Shown piece by piece: positions 28,121 through 41,990 of a stretch of DNA of 64,000 nucleotides. Position 1 is the first letter of the stretch. Each line of letters opens with the position of its first letter. Position numbers and translations under genes: made by a program. Location: contig NC_043004.1 of the NCBI RefSeq assembly GCF_006345805.1, positions 99,510,001 through 99,574,000 of the forward strand, read 5' to 3'. The notes beneath the pieces were generated by a model. It was given only the letters and a program-made list of their open reading frames with translations, was not told the DNA's origin and did no database searches. The stretch is from Octopus sinensis. Its lineage: Eukaryota.

Positions 28121-29018
28121 AAGAGAGAGAGAGAGAGAAGAGAGAGCGCGAGCGAACAAAATCATACCGAAATACAGATAAAGAAAGCGGACTAGAAAAA
28201 TACGGACGGATAGAGAACCAGAAACAAAAGCGAAGGGATGAACAGATGGAGAAGGAAGAGAGTGGGAGTAGATGAAGCAAGAAAGATAGATTGAATGAGA
28301 AGGTACAGGAGAGCGTAAGAGTGTTAGATGAAGAGAAACAGGGAGAAATCATTTACACACTCTTCTGCGAGCGCATGTCCTACTATACGCACACATAGCC
28401 TACCTGCAAACAACGTATACGCACAATGACACGCAGAAACAGATGAGACAAAAATAGTATGCAATTGGAACAGGATTGCAAAGTTCTGGAATAAAATCTT
28501 AAATCTTGAATAGCATTTAATCTTTTTTCATGCCTTGATAGACGCATTTCTTACGATGTTTCCTCTCTCATCTAAAAGTTAACCGAAGGAATAGCTTGTA
28601 CTAAGCCGCAACAACAACAACAACAAAGTCAATAGCTGGAAGCAAGACATAGAATTATAATATATCAAACTCTATATCTCCCATCCTTCCACCCTCCTTT
28701 TTTTTTCCTGTTCTTTGAACCTTTGATTTATTCTTCCTTTTCTTTATTTCCGCTTGTTTAATATTTTGTTCTTTATATTTTTTTTCTCTTCTTTTCTACA
28801 GTTTTCCTTAAGAAATGCACCAAATATTCTACAGAGAATGTCAACAAGCTGTAGAATTTTCCTAAAACAATGAAAACAACGCAAAATAATTTAGAAAATA
28901 AAAATTTGAAAAAATCGGATTCAAGATGAGGTTTAGTTCTGCCTTTTAACATTCTTCATTTCTTAGTTCATTTTTAATATAATTATGTATATATATATAT
29001 ATATGTATCTGTATATAT

Positions 29019-29065
<47 letters not shown>

Positions 29066-29118
29066 TATATGTATATATATATGCGTTTACCCATATTTCT
29101 ATAGCTATATGTATTTAT

Positions 29119-29155
<37 letters not shown>

Positions 29156-29797
29156 ATATATATGTATATACACATACATTATATATATATATGTGTACAT
29201 ATATGTATGTGTATATATGTGTATAGATATATATATATATGTATACATACATGTATATGTATATATGAGTATATATAAGTGTATATATATATATATATAC
29301 ATACATACATATATGTATGTATGTATGTGTATATATAATGAGGTGCATATAGTGTGTGTATTTTGTGTGTCAGTTGTCTTTAACTGTTTGGGTTGTTGCT
29401 ACTACAATTATTGGTGTTGTTTCTCTATTTTTATTCTTGTTTTTTTTTTTTCGCTATTGTTATTCTGTAGTCGGTCCTGAGTGGCGGATGGTGGGGAGAG
29501 AATCAGTAGGTTCCAGGAGAAGCAACATGAAAATAAAACCTCGAAGAGTAAACTAACGAAAATACAAATAATCCAAGGTACGGATGAAAAGATTTTGATC
29601 ATTGAACCGTGTAGCATAGCTCTCCCTGTCTTTTTTTAAGGGGAGACCAATAAATAAGGGTTTACAGTGTATTGGAATGGAATAATGCATTTTGTGTAAG
29701 TGTTGATAAACTTGCTTTTAATCCCTTCATATATTTAAAATTCCAAATCTCTCTCTTTCTCTTTCTTTCTCTCTCTGATTTGATCTATCTATCTCTG

Positions 29798-29870
<73 letters not shown>

Positions 29871-29938
29871 CATACATACATATAGTATATATACACATAC
29901 ATATGTATATATACAAAAAATACATGTATATATATACA

Positions 29939-30014
<76 letters not shown>

Positions 30015-30084
30015 GTCTATAATATAATATATATATATATATATATTATATAATATATATTATATATATTATATATATATAGGT

Positions 30085-30119
<35 letters not shown>

Positions 30120-30236
30120 TAGATACAGATATATGTGTGTATATATTGTATATATATGTATGTATTTTTGTAAATACACATGTCTATATATATATATATT
30201 TATGCACATACGTATGTATATGTGCGTATATATATA

Positions 30237-30290
<54 letters not shown>

Positions 30291-30291
30291 T

Positions 30292-30328
<37 letters not shown>

Positions 30329-30842
30329 CGGGGGAATAATTCTCTTCTCCTCCTACCTGCACTCTTTCATTCGTACATACGTACATGCATATGTACACAT
30401 GCATAGGAAGGTACGTACGTACGTACGTGTAATTCTTGTATTCTTTTCCTACTGCTTTTTCGATTTTTATTCCTATTCCAAATAAATTATTTGCTGTATC
30501 CCTCCAACTCACCAATTCTCTCCTTCTACCACAGTAAACAAGAGATTAGAGAATGAATTTCAGTGACTGCATTGTTTTGTAGTAGAAGAAAGAAAAAGGA
30601 CTGCAAGTGTATGGAATAGGGAAAACAAGATTATGCGATGCACAACTTTGGGATGCTTCGTCTAGTGAAAGGGAAAATAATAATATAAATAGAGTGGTAC
30701 AACTGTTTAAAAGTCTGGAATAAAATGTATCAAATGTAGTCTTTTGTGCAAACACAATTTATAGTTTCTATTTGAGTTGAAAAGAATCATCGACTGCTAG
30801 CGTTGTTTCAAGGACACGCGCAATCACAATATCTGACGAGTT

Positions 30843-31250
30843 ACTCTTTTACTTGTTTCAGTCATTTGACTGCGGCCAAGCTGGAGCAGCGCCTTTTAAT
30901 CGAGGAAATCGACCCCAGGACTTATTCTTTTGTAAGCCTAGTACTTATTCTATCGGTATCTATTGCCGAACCGCTAAGTTACGGGGATGTAAACACACCA
31001 GCATCGGTTGTCAAGTGATATTGGGGGAGGGGTGGCAAACACAGACACACAAACATATACACATACATACATATATATATATATATATAGGGCTTCTTTC
31101 AGTTTCCGACTACCAAATCCACTCACAAGGCTTTGGTCGGCCCGAAGCTATAGTAGAAGACACTTGCCCAAGGTTCCACGCAGTGGGACTGAACCCAGAA
31201 CCATGTGGTTGGTAAACAAGCTTCTTATCACACGGCCACTCCTGCGCCTA
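30843..31250 (-). mobile_element. Full-length family B tRNA/CORE SINE
   Basis: Minus strand: AGGCGCAGGAGTGGCCGTGTG head, CCTTGGGCAAGTGTCTTC CORE-like block, internal microsatellite, CAGTCAAATGACTGAAACAAGTAAAAG tail. Confidence 0.85.
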
Positions 31251-31296
31251 TTTGCTGTATCCCTCCAACTTGTTGTTAGACGTATGAAAACAAGTG

Positions 31297-31346
<50 letters not shown>

Positions 31347-32539
31347 ATATATTCGGTGTATGCGCATGTGTGATGTCTCTATCCATACGCCGAATTTTAT
31401 AGCAATCAAATACTACATTTCAAAGCATAGGTTAACGAATTGATGGAACCAAAGTCGTCGCTTATCTGAAGTGAGGTCATCGCTTATTTCTATATTGAAA
31501 CTTTGCCTATACAAGTTACATGTCAGTACAATAGAAGAAGAAAAGTCACGAAAAAAGCGAGAGGAAGTTGGATGTAAAAAGTGGAAGGGTAAAAGAAAGA
31601 GAAAAAGAAAGGAAAATAGAAGAGTATCAAATTTATGCCACTTTTGACCGTAAATTTGTAAAGCTAGTTGGTGTACACTCGACAGAGGCGGCCTAATGGC
31701 TGTAAGACAGCTGCTCACTCTGTGGTTAGTCGCTTCTATCGTGTATTGGGATAGCTCTGTCCACGTTGGAATACTAATAAATATTTCTATTTCTCCACCA
31801 AGCCACAAGATTAATTAGCGTAATCGCAATTTGTTTAATTATATGAGGCATTCGGCAACTCGTATCCCTGTGCCAACGTCAGTTGCAAATGTCACGCTAT
31901 GAAGTGATATAGTAAATGAAGATGAATAGATAATGATCAACAGAAAATGACAGTCCAATACAAGTTACGAATTCCCTTCATAGCAATCTATTTGCACTTC
32001 ATATGTGGCATCATGATTATTACATATGTTAATATTTCCACCCATTTGATCACAATTTTTCCATTTTTGGCAGGTAAAAGCAACTGCTTGACGAAATGGG
32101 TGACAAATATAGCATATACATTATACATGTAATATATTTAGTACAAATATATCGCTATGCTATTGAAACAACTGTAGCATGCATTGGACGTTTCATTCAA
32201 TATATATATATATATATATACGCACACGATGATAGCGGTATATATATTCTTGTGATATTGTGTTCTAACATGTAATTTTCAGCACTGGCTATAATGAACC
32301 TTGACTACATGCCTAACCTATATTGAGACGCTCTGCTATATTTATACTTTTATACCTTGGTATTGGATAAATAATAATTTAATGAAGCGGGGAGAAAGAA
32401 ATATTTACACGACGCAGTACGATTATTATTACACAAGACTCAACGCTCTCAAACGACGGCTCACAGTGAACTGCTTGCCCTATTAGTCGTAGTACTTTAT
32501 TTATTAGCAATGAGTCAGTTCATTTTTAGTCATATGGGG

Positions 32540-32557
32540 GTGGTCGGAATTCTTCCA

Positions 32558-32592
<35 letters not shown>

Positions 32593-33880
32593 GAATTTGC
32601 TTCCCCAACTTCTCCCTTTTGAAATTTAAACTCTACTCACAGTTTTGTTTTCTTTTACTCTTAGGGTTCAATTTCAGGGTTTCCGTTCTTTGCCGTTTTC
32701 CAGTGCTAGAACGTGTCGTTTCTAATTCTTTGGGTGTAAGCACCTCAAGCGTGTTGTACAATACCGCCATTGGGATTTTGTTTCCCGTTACTGTTTCTCT
32801 GTGAATCTTTCTTTTTTTTTAGTTGGTTAATGTCTTTTATGTTTGGCATTTTCGCCATTTACCAAGAATAACATTCTTCCAATTTGTTTAATAATTACGG
32901 TGTAATTATTAAATAAATGTCTTTACCATATCTATAGGTATTTGCCGTATTTACACGAGCTTTCTTTGCTATATCTATACGTTTAAGAAAAAATCTTTCT
33001 CACCTAACTTGAAGAATTCTGAAGTATATTTGTTGCTCGCCTTTTTTCTATTTTCACTTGGTATCAGCTTATCAAAGGCGGATCTGATCTTTCCAGCAAA
33101 CATCAATTCTGCGGGTGACATTCCAGACGGAGTATTAGGATTAGGTGTTATTCGGTAGACTCTTAGAAATTGTTGAAGGGCAAGGCCATTCATTATTTCA
33201 TTGATCGCCTTTTGTAACGCCCTCCTGAAAGTGTCAACAAAACGCTCTGCTTGTCCATTTGTCCTAGGATAATACGGCGGAGAGGTCACACGTTCGATAA
33301 CGAACATTTTACAAAATTTCTTCAACACGTCTGAAGTAAATTGAGTTCCATTATCAGATATAATGTTATCAGGAATGCCAAATCTGGCGAACGATCCGTG
33401 TAAAAAAAAACTTACTGTAAATGCAGATGTCAGCATTTTACACTTATTTACTTCAGGCCACTTTGAAAAACTGTCCAAAACAACAAGGTAATTATGAACC
33501 CATAAGTGGACCTGCGTAATCAACATGTAGTCTGGCCCACAGAATATCTCTTTTTGGTCGAGGTTGCCATTTAGTGGTAGGTGCTTTTGCAGCTAGGGCA
33601 CACTCTCTGCATGCTTTCACTAGTTCTTCAATGTCACAGTCCATTGCTGGCTGATATATATAACTTCTCATTAACAGTTTCATTCTAGAAATTCCTGGGT
33701 GACCAATGAGAAATTCATTCAGTAATAGCTTCTGTAGTGTGGTTGGCACTACAATTATTTGGGCGTACATCAACACGCTGTTACGCATTGAGAATGGGTT
33801 CGAATTTGTGTTGCACATATTTTTCATTTCTTTTAGCTTTCAGCATTTCTTTGATTATTTTCATAATTTATCGTTTTCTG
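32540..33880 (-). mobile_element. Gypsy/Ty3 LTR retrotransposon remnant (integrase region)
   Basis: ORFs 33492-33827 and 32975-33526: HPGISRMK...CRECA zinc-binding domain, LHVDYAGP, DSFSKWPEV, SDNGTQFTS, NGQAERFV (DDE integrase); frameshifted. Confidence 0.9.
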
Positions 33881-33881
33881 A

Positions 33882-33945
<64 letters not shown>

Positions 33946-34227
33946 AGTCTGTCTGTATGTATGTATGTGTATATATATATGTGCATATATTATATATATA
34001 TGTATATATATGTATGTATGAGTGTGTGTATACATATATATATATATGTATACATTATATATGTGTATATACATATGCACGCACACACACACACACTAAC
34101 AAACACACACATATATTGCAATTACATATAAACATATGTATATATATTCAAACTAATTATCACCCATGCGTCATAGACTCTGTGTACGTGAGAGCATTTA
34201 CGCGTATAAGTTTGTGCGTATAGATGT

Positions 34228-34268
<41 letters not shown>

Positions 34269-34594
34269 CGTGTGTGTGTGTGTGTGTGTGTCTGTGTGTG
34301 CACTTACATGTTCTTTTGAGAGTACACACGCAACCATCGATACTTCGTATTCAAGGCATTCGGTGTAACACACAAACATATATATATACCAAGCTAAAAT
34401 GGCTGAGGGCATACCATTCAGCTGGTGGTTGCTTACATCAAGTATACACGAGAGTGTAGGAGTGGTAGTGACAGGAGACAGAAGAAACAATGGGAAACAT
34501 AGAAACATAGAAAGACAGAAAAAGAATAACATACAGGAGGAAGAACAAATAAAAATTCTGTGAAAAATGCTGAGGCAAATCAGTGCCTAGCTAT

Positions 34595-34780
34595 ATCACG
34601 TGATGGAAGAGAACAGCTAGTAATATACAGAACTTGTGTTAGACAATCTGGAGTTCCAATTGTACAATATTTATTAAGACAGCAACTTCGATTTAATTAA
34701 TGAAAATAACGAAGATATGAGCTTGCTTGTTGTAAACATTCACGTGACGCAACAACATAGTGTTTCCGCCATTTTCTTTT
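34595..34780. promoter_or_regulatory. Possible cis-regulatory motif cluster
   Basis: E-boxes TCACGTGA (~34597, ~34740), TGACGC half-CRE and YY1-type CCGCCATTTT (~34766) in non-repetitive DNA; motif evidence only. Confidence 0.25.
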
Positions 34781-35497
34781 CTTGTGTTTGTTTGTTTCTA
34801 TTTTCTTCTATTCGTTTCTTTTCTCCTGCTCTGTCTCCCCCACCGCCTTCTAATCTTCCATCTCCTCCTCTTTCTTCTACTTCTTCTTCGTGTTCTATTG
34901 TTTTTTTTTTCCTTTTGTGTTTTTCTTTGTTGTTAATTAATTGCAGTTATCTTCCATGACGAAATTACAACACGCTCCTTACCAAGAATCTGAACTCAAA
35001 CACTGCAGAGAAACACAATAGTTTGTTGCATATGCTGTGTTGACTCTGATTAGATTGCAGGAATTAAACATACGTTTGTTTGTGTTAATGTATTACGTAT
35101 ATCCATAGCTAAGTTCCATTATCTATCTAACAATATGAATACATATATGCGTATGCATGAATCTATGTATGAATGCAAGGACGTATGCATGTTTTATTTT
35201 AGATAATTTATTTTAGATTGTTTTTCTTTTACTAAATTCAAGTTGCTACAATGCGAAGCTATTTTGAGTATATCGACAGCTTTTAGGATATGTGGTTACC
35301 TGAATTTTTTGAACCTATGTGAGTTTATGTGTTTATGTGTTTGTCTGTTTGCGTATGGCTAAACTTGCACATGTGGCTGTGCGTGTTACAATAGAACACG
35401 AGTGTGAACATTTCATTGCTATTTATGTGTGGACGAGAGTGTATATCCAATAACTATACATGACTGCGTACCAACCAGCTATCTCATATAGGGAATC

Positions 35498-35830
35498 TTC
35501 TCTTTTTTACTTGTTCCAGTGATTTGAATGCGGCCATCCTGGAGCACTGCCTTAAAGAGTTTTAGCCAAACAAGTCGACCGCAGATCTTCATGTTTTAAA
35601 CCCGAAGACTTATTCTGTCGGTTTCTTTGACCTAACTGCTAGGTTACGGGGGCGTAAATACACCAAGACCGGTTGTCAAGCGGTGGTGGTGGAGAAAATC
35701 TCATAGATATATACATATGTATACCCGACGAGTTTCTTTCAGTTTCTGTCTACCAGATTCACGGCGTTCACTGTGAACGAGTTTCCTTCCCAGTCAGTAG
35801 TAAGCAACCCAGGCCTTGCGGAATCTCCAA
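35498..35830 (-). mobile_element. Diverged family B SINE
   Basis: Similar to 30843-31250. Confidence 0.7.
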
Positions 35831-36236
35831 ATGCACAGTCAGATTTTGATAAAATACACACATACATCCATATATACTCACACATACAAAAATATACACA
35901 CACATGCAAAAATTTGCACACAAATATACGTACACACACACGTATACGTTTGCGCACGTGTGAATGTGTGTGTGAGTATTTTAGTGTCGGAGGGATGAAT
36001 CTATGTATTTATATAAATGTAAATATATAAATATATATAGAGATACACAAACACACACACACACACACACATATATATGTATATATATATTGATATAAGC
36101 ATATATATATATATTTATATATACATATTTATATATGTATATATGTATATACATGTATACATAAATATAGATATAGATATATATACTCATACACGTATAT
36201 ATATACGTATATATACATATGTATATACAAATATGC

Positions 36237-36268
<32 letters not shown>

Positions 36269-36371
36269 TATATATACATACATGTACATATATATAAATA
36301 TATATATACAGACATATATATATATATATAAATATATATACACATACATAAATATATATATATATATATAT

Positions 36372-36409
<38 letters not shown>

Positions 36410-37159
36410 ATATATATATATATTATATATATATATATATATACATACATACATACATACATAGGTTTACTGTAATTCTAATATGTAGACATATATAATT
36501 ATCGGCAATGATCTGCTGACATCAATGAGAACAACAAAGCCCAGAAATCTTACAGTAATACGATCAAACAGTAAACTGTAGTCGTCCTCAAGGGAGTATT
36601 CAAACGAAAAATACAATACACTGAAGAATTCAATGAAAACGTTGGAAAATTTGCCGATTTGATGAACTGAAGGACTGTTTATGATAAGACAAGTCTCCGG
36701 TTATTGATAACGATCGTGTCTAGAGAAGACTCGTGTAGAAACTGCTGAAGCCTGTCCTGTCCTTAGCCGCATAATAATATCGTAAAGCATAGGTGATCAA
36801 GGGAATCGATTATGATCCGTGTCGGTAAAATCAGTTCAATACAACTAATAAAATTTACTGAGTTTCCGTGTTTGAAGAAGTAATTCAACGTTACGGGATT
36901 TATCGTGATTGGAAATGAAGTGATGTCTGGCGTAATTACGTACAAGATGGTAGAGAATGTCTGCTGTTAGATATGAAGACATGAGAAGAGAAATTAATGT
37001 AAGATTCCTGAAAAGCGGCAAAGGGAAAGCTTATCCTACAATGGCGCCTTTAGCTATACTTCACTGTGTTAGAATTAACAGCTAAATCTCTCTCATATCA
37101 CATTCTACATCCTTCAAAGCAACAAGAGCTTAATGTAAAATATAGTTCTAGATATATCA

Positions 37160-37615
37160 AACGTAAATTCTGTGCTTTTATATGGTTTCTGAAACATGGA
37201 AAGTCGCCTGCAGCAACTACAAAAAGATCCAGACCTTCGTCAATAAATGTCTCCGACAGATCCTCCATCTGATGTGGTATGACAGAGTGCCAAACACCAA
37301 CCTGTGGGAAAGGGCCAACCAGGAGCCCATACATGTTCAGATTAGACGAATGAAATGGAGATGGATCGGACACACTGCGGAAAGAACCCTCAAATGTGAC
37401 ACGACAAGCACTTGACTGGAACTCGCAGGGGAAAAGGAAGTGGGGACGCCCGAAGCAGACATGGAAGCGGAGCATTTTGGACGTGCTCAGGACCATCGGC
37501 CTGACATGGGAAGCAGCCAAGAAACACACCAATGACCGTAAGAAGTGGAAAACAACTGTTGAGGCCCTATGCTCCACAACGGACAAAAGGTATTAAGAAG
37601 AATAAATGAAGAAGA
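37160..37615 (+). mobile_element. RTE-clade LINE 3' fragment
   Basis: SETWK...KIQTFVNKCLRQIL...IRRMKWRWIGHT and RQALDWNSQGKRKWGRPKQTW...WKTTVEALCST, followed by a TAAGAAGAA tail. Confidence 0.9.
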
Positions 37616-37709
37616 TATATCCTATCCATAGTGTTTAGTAGAGGTCGCGCAGTTTCGTTACGGTATCCCACTGGTGATTACCAAGCGCAGCAAATTTAAT
37701 AATATGTGT

Positions 37710-38490
37710 CTCAAATTTTGGAACAAGGCTAACGTTTAGTGTGCCTGTGGTGGGTAGAGGTCGATTACATTGACCCCAGTTCTCAACTGGTCCTTATTTT
37801 ATCGACTCGAAGGGATGAAAAGCAAATTCGACGGAATTTGAGAGGCAAAGTCGACGGGATTTGAACTAAGAACGTAAAGACAGACGAAATGCCAATAAGC
37901 ATTTTTCCCGGCCTGCTAAGGATTATGGCAGCTTACCACCATATTAGATTTCATAATATTAGTCACTAGTTCTAAAGTTTTCCAATACAAAGAAGAGGAA
38001 AGAATTTATTAGCTGTAAGCAAACGCTGGCTTTTCCTCTCATTAAAAATTCTTTCTAGTTTAGGCGTTTAGGCACAATGTCTGAAATTTTAAGGGAGCGG
38101 GGAATAGCTAATTACATCGAACCCAGTCTTGGGTGGTTACTTATTTTAGCGGCCCCGAAATGAGGAAAGTCAAGCTTAAAGTTGATCTCGACGGAATTTT
38201 AACACAAAACAAAACTGGAAGAAATGCCGCTAAGCATTGGCCCGGCACGCTAACGATTCCGCTTACTCGCCGCCTCCTCTCATGGCTAACTCTTTCTACA
38301 ATAGGCACAAGACCTGCGGTTTTAAGAGAGGGGGTTAGTTGCTTACATTGACCCCTGTGATCAACGGGCATTTACTTTATCGACCTCGAAAGGATTAAAC
38401 ACTAAGTAGACCTTTGAGGATTTTAAGCTCAGAATGTAAAGACGAATAAAATGCCTCTAAGCATTTAATCTCCCAACTCGTCGCCTTCTC
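37710..38490 (-). mobile_element. Cluster of three diverged family A SINEs
   Basis: Copies at ~37710-37940, ~38060-38275 and ~38300-38490, all on the minus strand. Confidence 0.7.
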
Positions 38491-39256
38491 CTTCTCATTT
38501 GTAATAAAGACAAGTAGGATAAGGGTGGCCCAAACTTTTCACGAATATTTTTCGCTGTTCTCTTTTATTTATAAGTTTGAAAACCGGAGAAAAATATAGA
38601 GGACTTTCAGCGTTGATATATCATTGCTATTATAGTTTCTATTAAATGCTGATCCAAAGATAAATATAAATAGTAACATCAACGAAAGTAGCAACAATGA
38701 AGAGAAAGGCAATATTCGCTCCTATATTTTCCTTAGAATATTATTTGCAATCTTTTTCCTTGTTTCTCTCCTCTTTTTTTTTTCCACGTGAATGTAACAT
38801 ATCCGACACCTGAAAAAGAAATAGCGCTGTTACAGTTAGTTGTTCCTTTCACACGCTGGCATTAACATATTGTTTTTTATCTTCTATATTTATTATTATT
38901 ATATTTTTCTTTATTCATCTTCCATGGACTCAGTATATTTCCTCTATATGTATGTAGATGATTAAGATCAACACGACTTGCGATGTACTATTGGATGCGT
39001 TTTGGGGGTTTTTTTTCTGGTGGCAAGCGAGCGTTAGTAGTAGCCACAAGTCAACCGTGTAAGACTAAAGATCTTCACCAGAGGCATACACGTTATCTAA
39101 TATGTCACTCCACGTTCAAGACAGAAGTGTCTCGTTTGAGCGATGCTTAGCTTCTGTTGCTATTATTGCATGCATTCATATGTCTGCTGTTATTGTCTAG
39201 CATCTGGTAAGACTTTGAGATGCAAGCATTTCGTGACAAAACAGAGTGAATGACTT

Positions 39257-39419
39257 ACATTATTTACATTATTTACATTCGACGGATGTTTGTCCTCATC
39301 TTGTTTGTTGTTAACACAACGTTTCGCCTGATATACCCTCCAGCCTTCATCAGGTGTCTTGGGGAAATTTTTTCATTCCTTAGGTATTTTTCGATGTTAT
39401 TATTATTATTAATATTATT

Positions 39420-39455
<36 letters not shown>

Positions 39456-40008
39456 GAGTGAGAGAGCAGTGCATGCCATCAAAGTGACACTGGGAAAAAT
39501 TTACGAAGCCAAGTATACCCATTATGACTACCCGTCTGATAAGGGTACACTAGGCACATGCATCACAACCATATGTGCGCGACAAGGTGATCTCATATCA
39601 AGATAAACAGCGCATGATCTTGCAGGTGGGGCCCACTTAGAATTTTCTTCTGGTCGAGTAGCCCATCCCGCTCAAAAGGTCCCTGAAGAAGGATTGTTTA
39701 AGGATGTTGAACAAACCACCCTTGTTTCCAAAGTTGAATTATCCAAACCTCTAAGAATTCCTTTCAACACACGGTTATGATGCTCCCCCACTACTTCTGC
39801 TCGTGGTCAGAGATGCACATATCGTCAGCCACTAAGGGACATGCTCAACTGGTTATGGTCAAACAACTGAAAAGCAAATCTGTGGTATTGAGCAGAATAT
39901 TTGCTGTAGCTCATCTTTTATACCAAGACAAAACAATGTACATGATAACACTTTCAATCAGTTAAGAACAGAAGCCATTAGGGCCACTGCCTGGTACTAC
40001 ATCAGAGC

Positions 40009-40053
<45 letters not shown>

Positions 40054-40130
40054 AGTCAATGCCTGGAATCGAACTCAGAACATCAGGGTTAGTAGCCCGC
40101 GCTCTTAACCATTATGCCATATGCCCGTGG
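39257..40130 (-). mobile_element. tRNA-headed SINE with hammerhead (39313-39358), interrupted by a nested insert
   Basis: Minus strand: CACGGGCATATGGCATAATGGTTAAGAGC...GTTCGATTCC head, (TAA)n, GACAC-CTGATGA-A-GGCTG-gagggtatat-CAGGC-GAAAC-GTT-GTGTT. Confidence 0.75.
39456..40010. mobile_element. Unclassified ~555 bp insertion within a (TAA)n tract
   Basis: Splits the TAA tract of the host SINE, which is uninterrupted in the sister copy at 40337-40378. Confidence 0.6.
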
Positions 40131-40255
40131 CATATTAAAATCAACATGACTTGCGATGTCACTATTGGTTTCGTTTTCTTCTTTTTTTTTTGCCTTCTCA
40201 TGGCAAGCGAGCGTTAGTAGTAGCTACAAATCAACAGTGTAAGACTAAATATCCT

Positions 40256-40333
40256 CACGGGCATATGGCGTAGTGGTTACGAGCACGGGCTACTAACCCC
40301 AAGGTTCCGAGTTCGATTCCAGGCAGTGACCTG

Positions 40334-40380
<47 letters not shown>

Positions 40381-40475
40381 CATCGAAAAACACCTTGGGT
40401 ATGAAAACCCAGGTTCGAAATTCCCCCAAGACACCTGATGAAGGCTGGAGGGTATATCAGCCGAAACGTTGTCCT
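40256..40475 (+). mobile_element. tRNA-headed SINE with hammerhead (40430-40475)
   Basis: A box TGGCGTAGTGG, B box GTTCGATTCC, (TAA)n, GACAC-CTGATGA-A-GGCTG-gagggtatat-CAGCC-GAAAC-GTT-GT. Confidence 0.8.
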
Positions 40476-41944
40476 AATTATAGGACAATGAATGACTTGT
40501 TTACAAGCCCGAACGTGCGCTTAGCATATTCGAACTGGTATTAACATTGCATTTTTACTTATCACTGCTTTGCGCACTCACGCAGTAATTTGATTGCGAT
40601 GAGCCGTCGATTTGCGTTCCCATCCAACGTATATTGATTAGAGAAATATAAGAGAGATTGTCTTTCTTATCTGCTTGCAGCAGCGCCTCGTTTCTGTGAC
40701 TGAAGAAGAGATAGCAAATCCGACATGCTTTGGGTGTATTTTGCACCGTATGTCTACAGCGAGAAATTTTCTCCATGATAAAACACGGTGAATGACTTGT
40801 TTACATGTCTGGTCGTGCTCTTGACATATCCAAACTGGCATTAACATTGCATTTTTAGTTAGAATAATTTGGTATGATGGTGATTTAGCTGCTATTTTTA
40901 AGACATAGAGCAGATTTGGATACTCCTGTGGCTTGTTTTCAAATTAGATCTCTATATTGGCATGAATACAAATTCATAGTCTTTCGATCTTCTACAGTAC
41001 CAGGATATGCTGGGGTTGATATAATCGACTATTCACCCCACCATGCACATCCTCTCAAATATGACCTTCTATACAAAAGTGTATTTTTTTCATTACCAAG
41101 ACGGCGAGTTACCGTGTGGGCAGATTCGTTACAGCATCGGAAAATGCTTTGGTATATTTCTTCCTGCTCTTTTGATTCGGAATTCAGATCCGGCTGAGAT
41201 CAATTTTGCCATTCATCCTTTCCAGGTCGATAAAACACAGTATCAATGAGTAACTGAGTTCGGTGGTATCGACTAAACTACCTCCCTCATCTAATAATCG
41301 CTGACATTGTGTCTAATTCAGAACCCATCTTTATCGATATAACTGCTACTAAGAACACCTTGTCGTTGTTTAGCCCCAGTCTAACAAATGCATAAACAGA
41401 TCTTTTATCAACGATAATCAAGCCATTACGGCTTTTCAATCTCAAACTACACTATCCAATATGACTATTACGTTCTTAAAGTGTAATTTGAGGCATATTT
41501 CGCAGGTATTTTTAGCTGTTTAGTTTCCCGTAATGGACGGAAAAATCCAAGCCATGGCGTCAGAAATAGAGAGGAATCAATTCGATTATTGTCAAAGACT
41601 AACCCCTGTCCTCAAAACGGATACAATAAAAAGCACTAAATACACCTAATATATTCCATGCTCAAAGAAATACTGTAATTCTCATATATAAATAATCGCT
41701 TTTATTCTTATTCAAAATAATATTATTGGGTTTGTCGACACGGTACAAATTCGGACAGAGTGTCAAATGAGTTAACTGATTCAATATGTGTTTGAATTCC
41801 ATCGGAGATGACTTTTACTTGCATCCTCCTGAGATTAATACAAACAGTACCAGTGAGGTACTGGAGTCTTTGAATATAAACTAAATGCTTCCGTATGATG
41901 TGAAACGTAGTGTCACTGTTTAAAATAATCATCACCATTATTAC

Positions 41945-41990
<46 letters not shown>

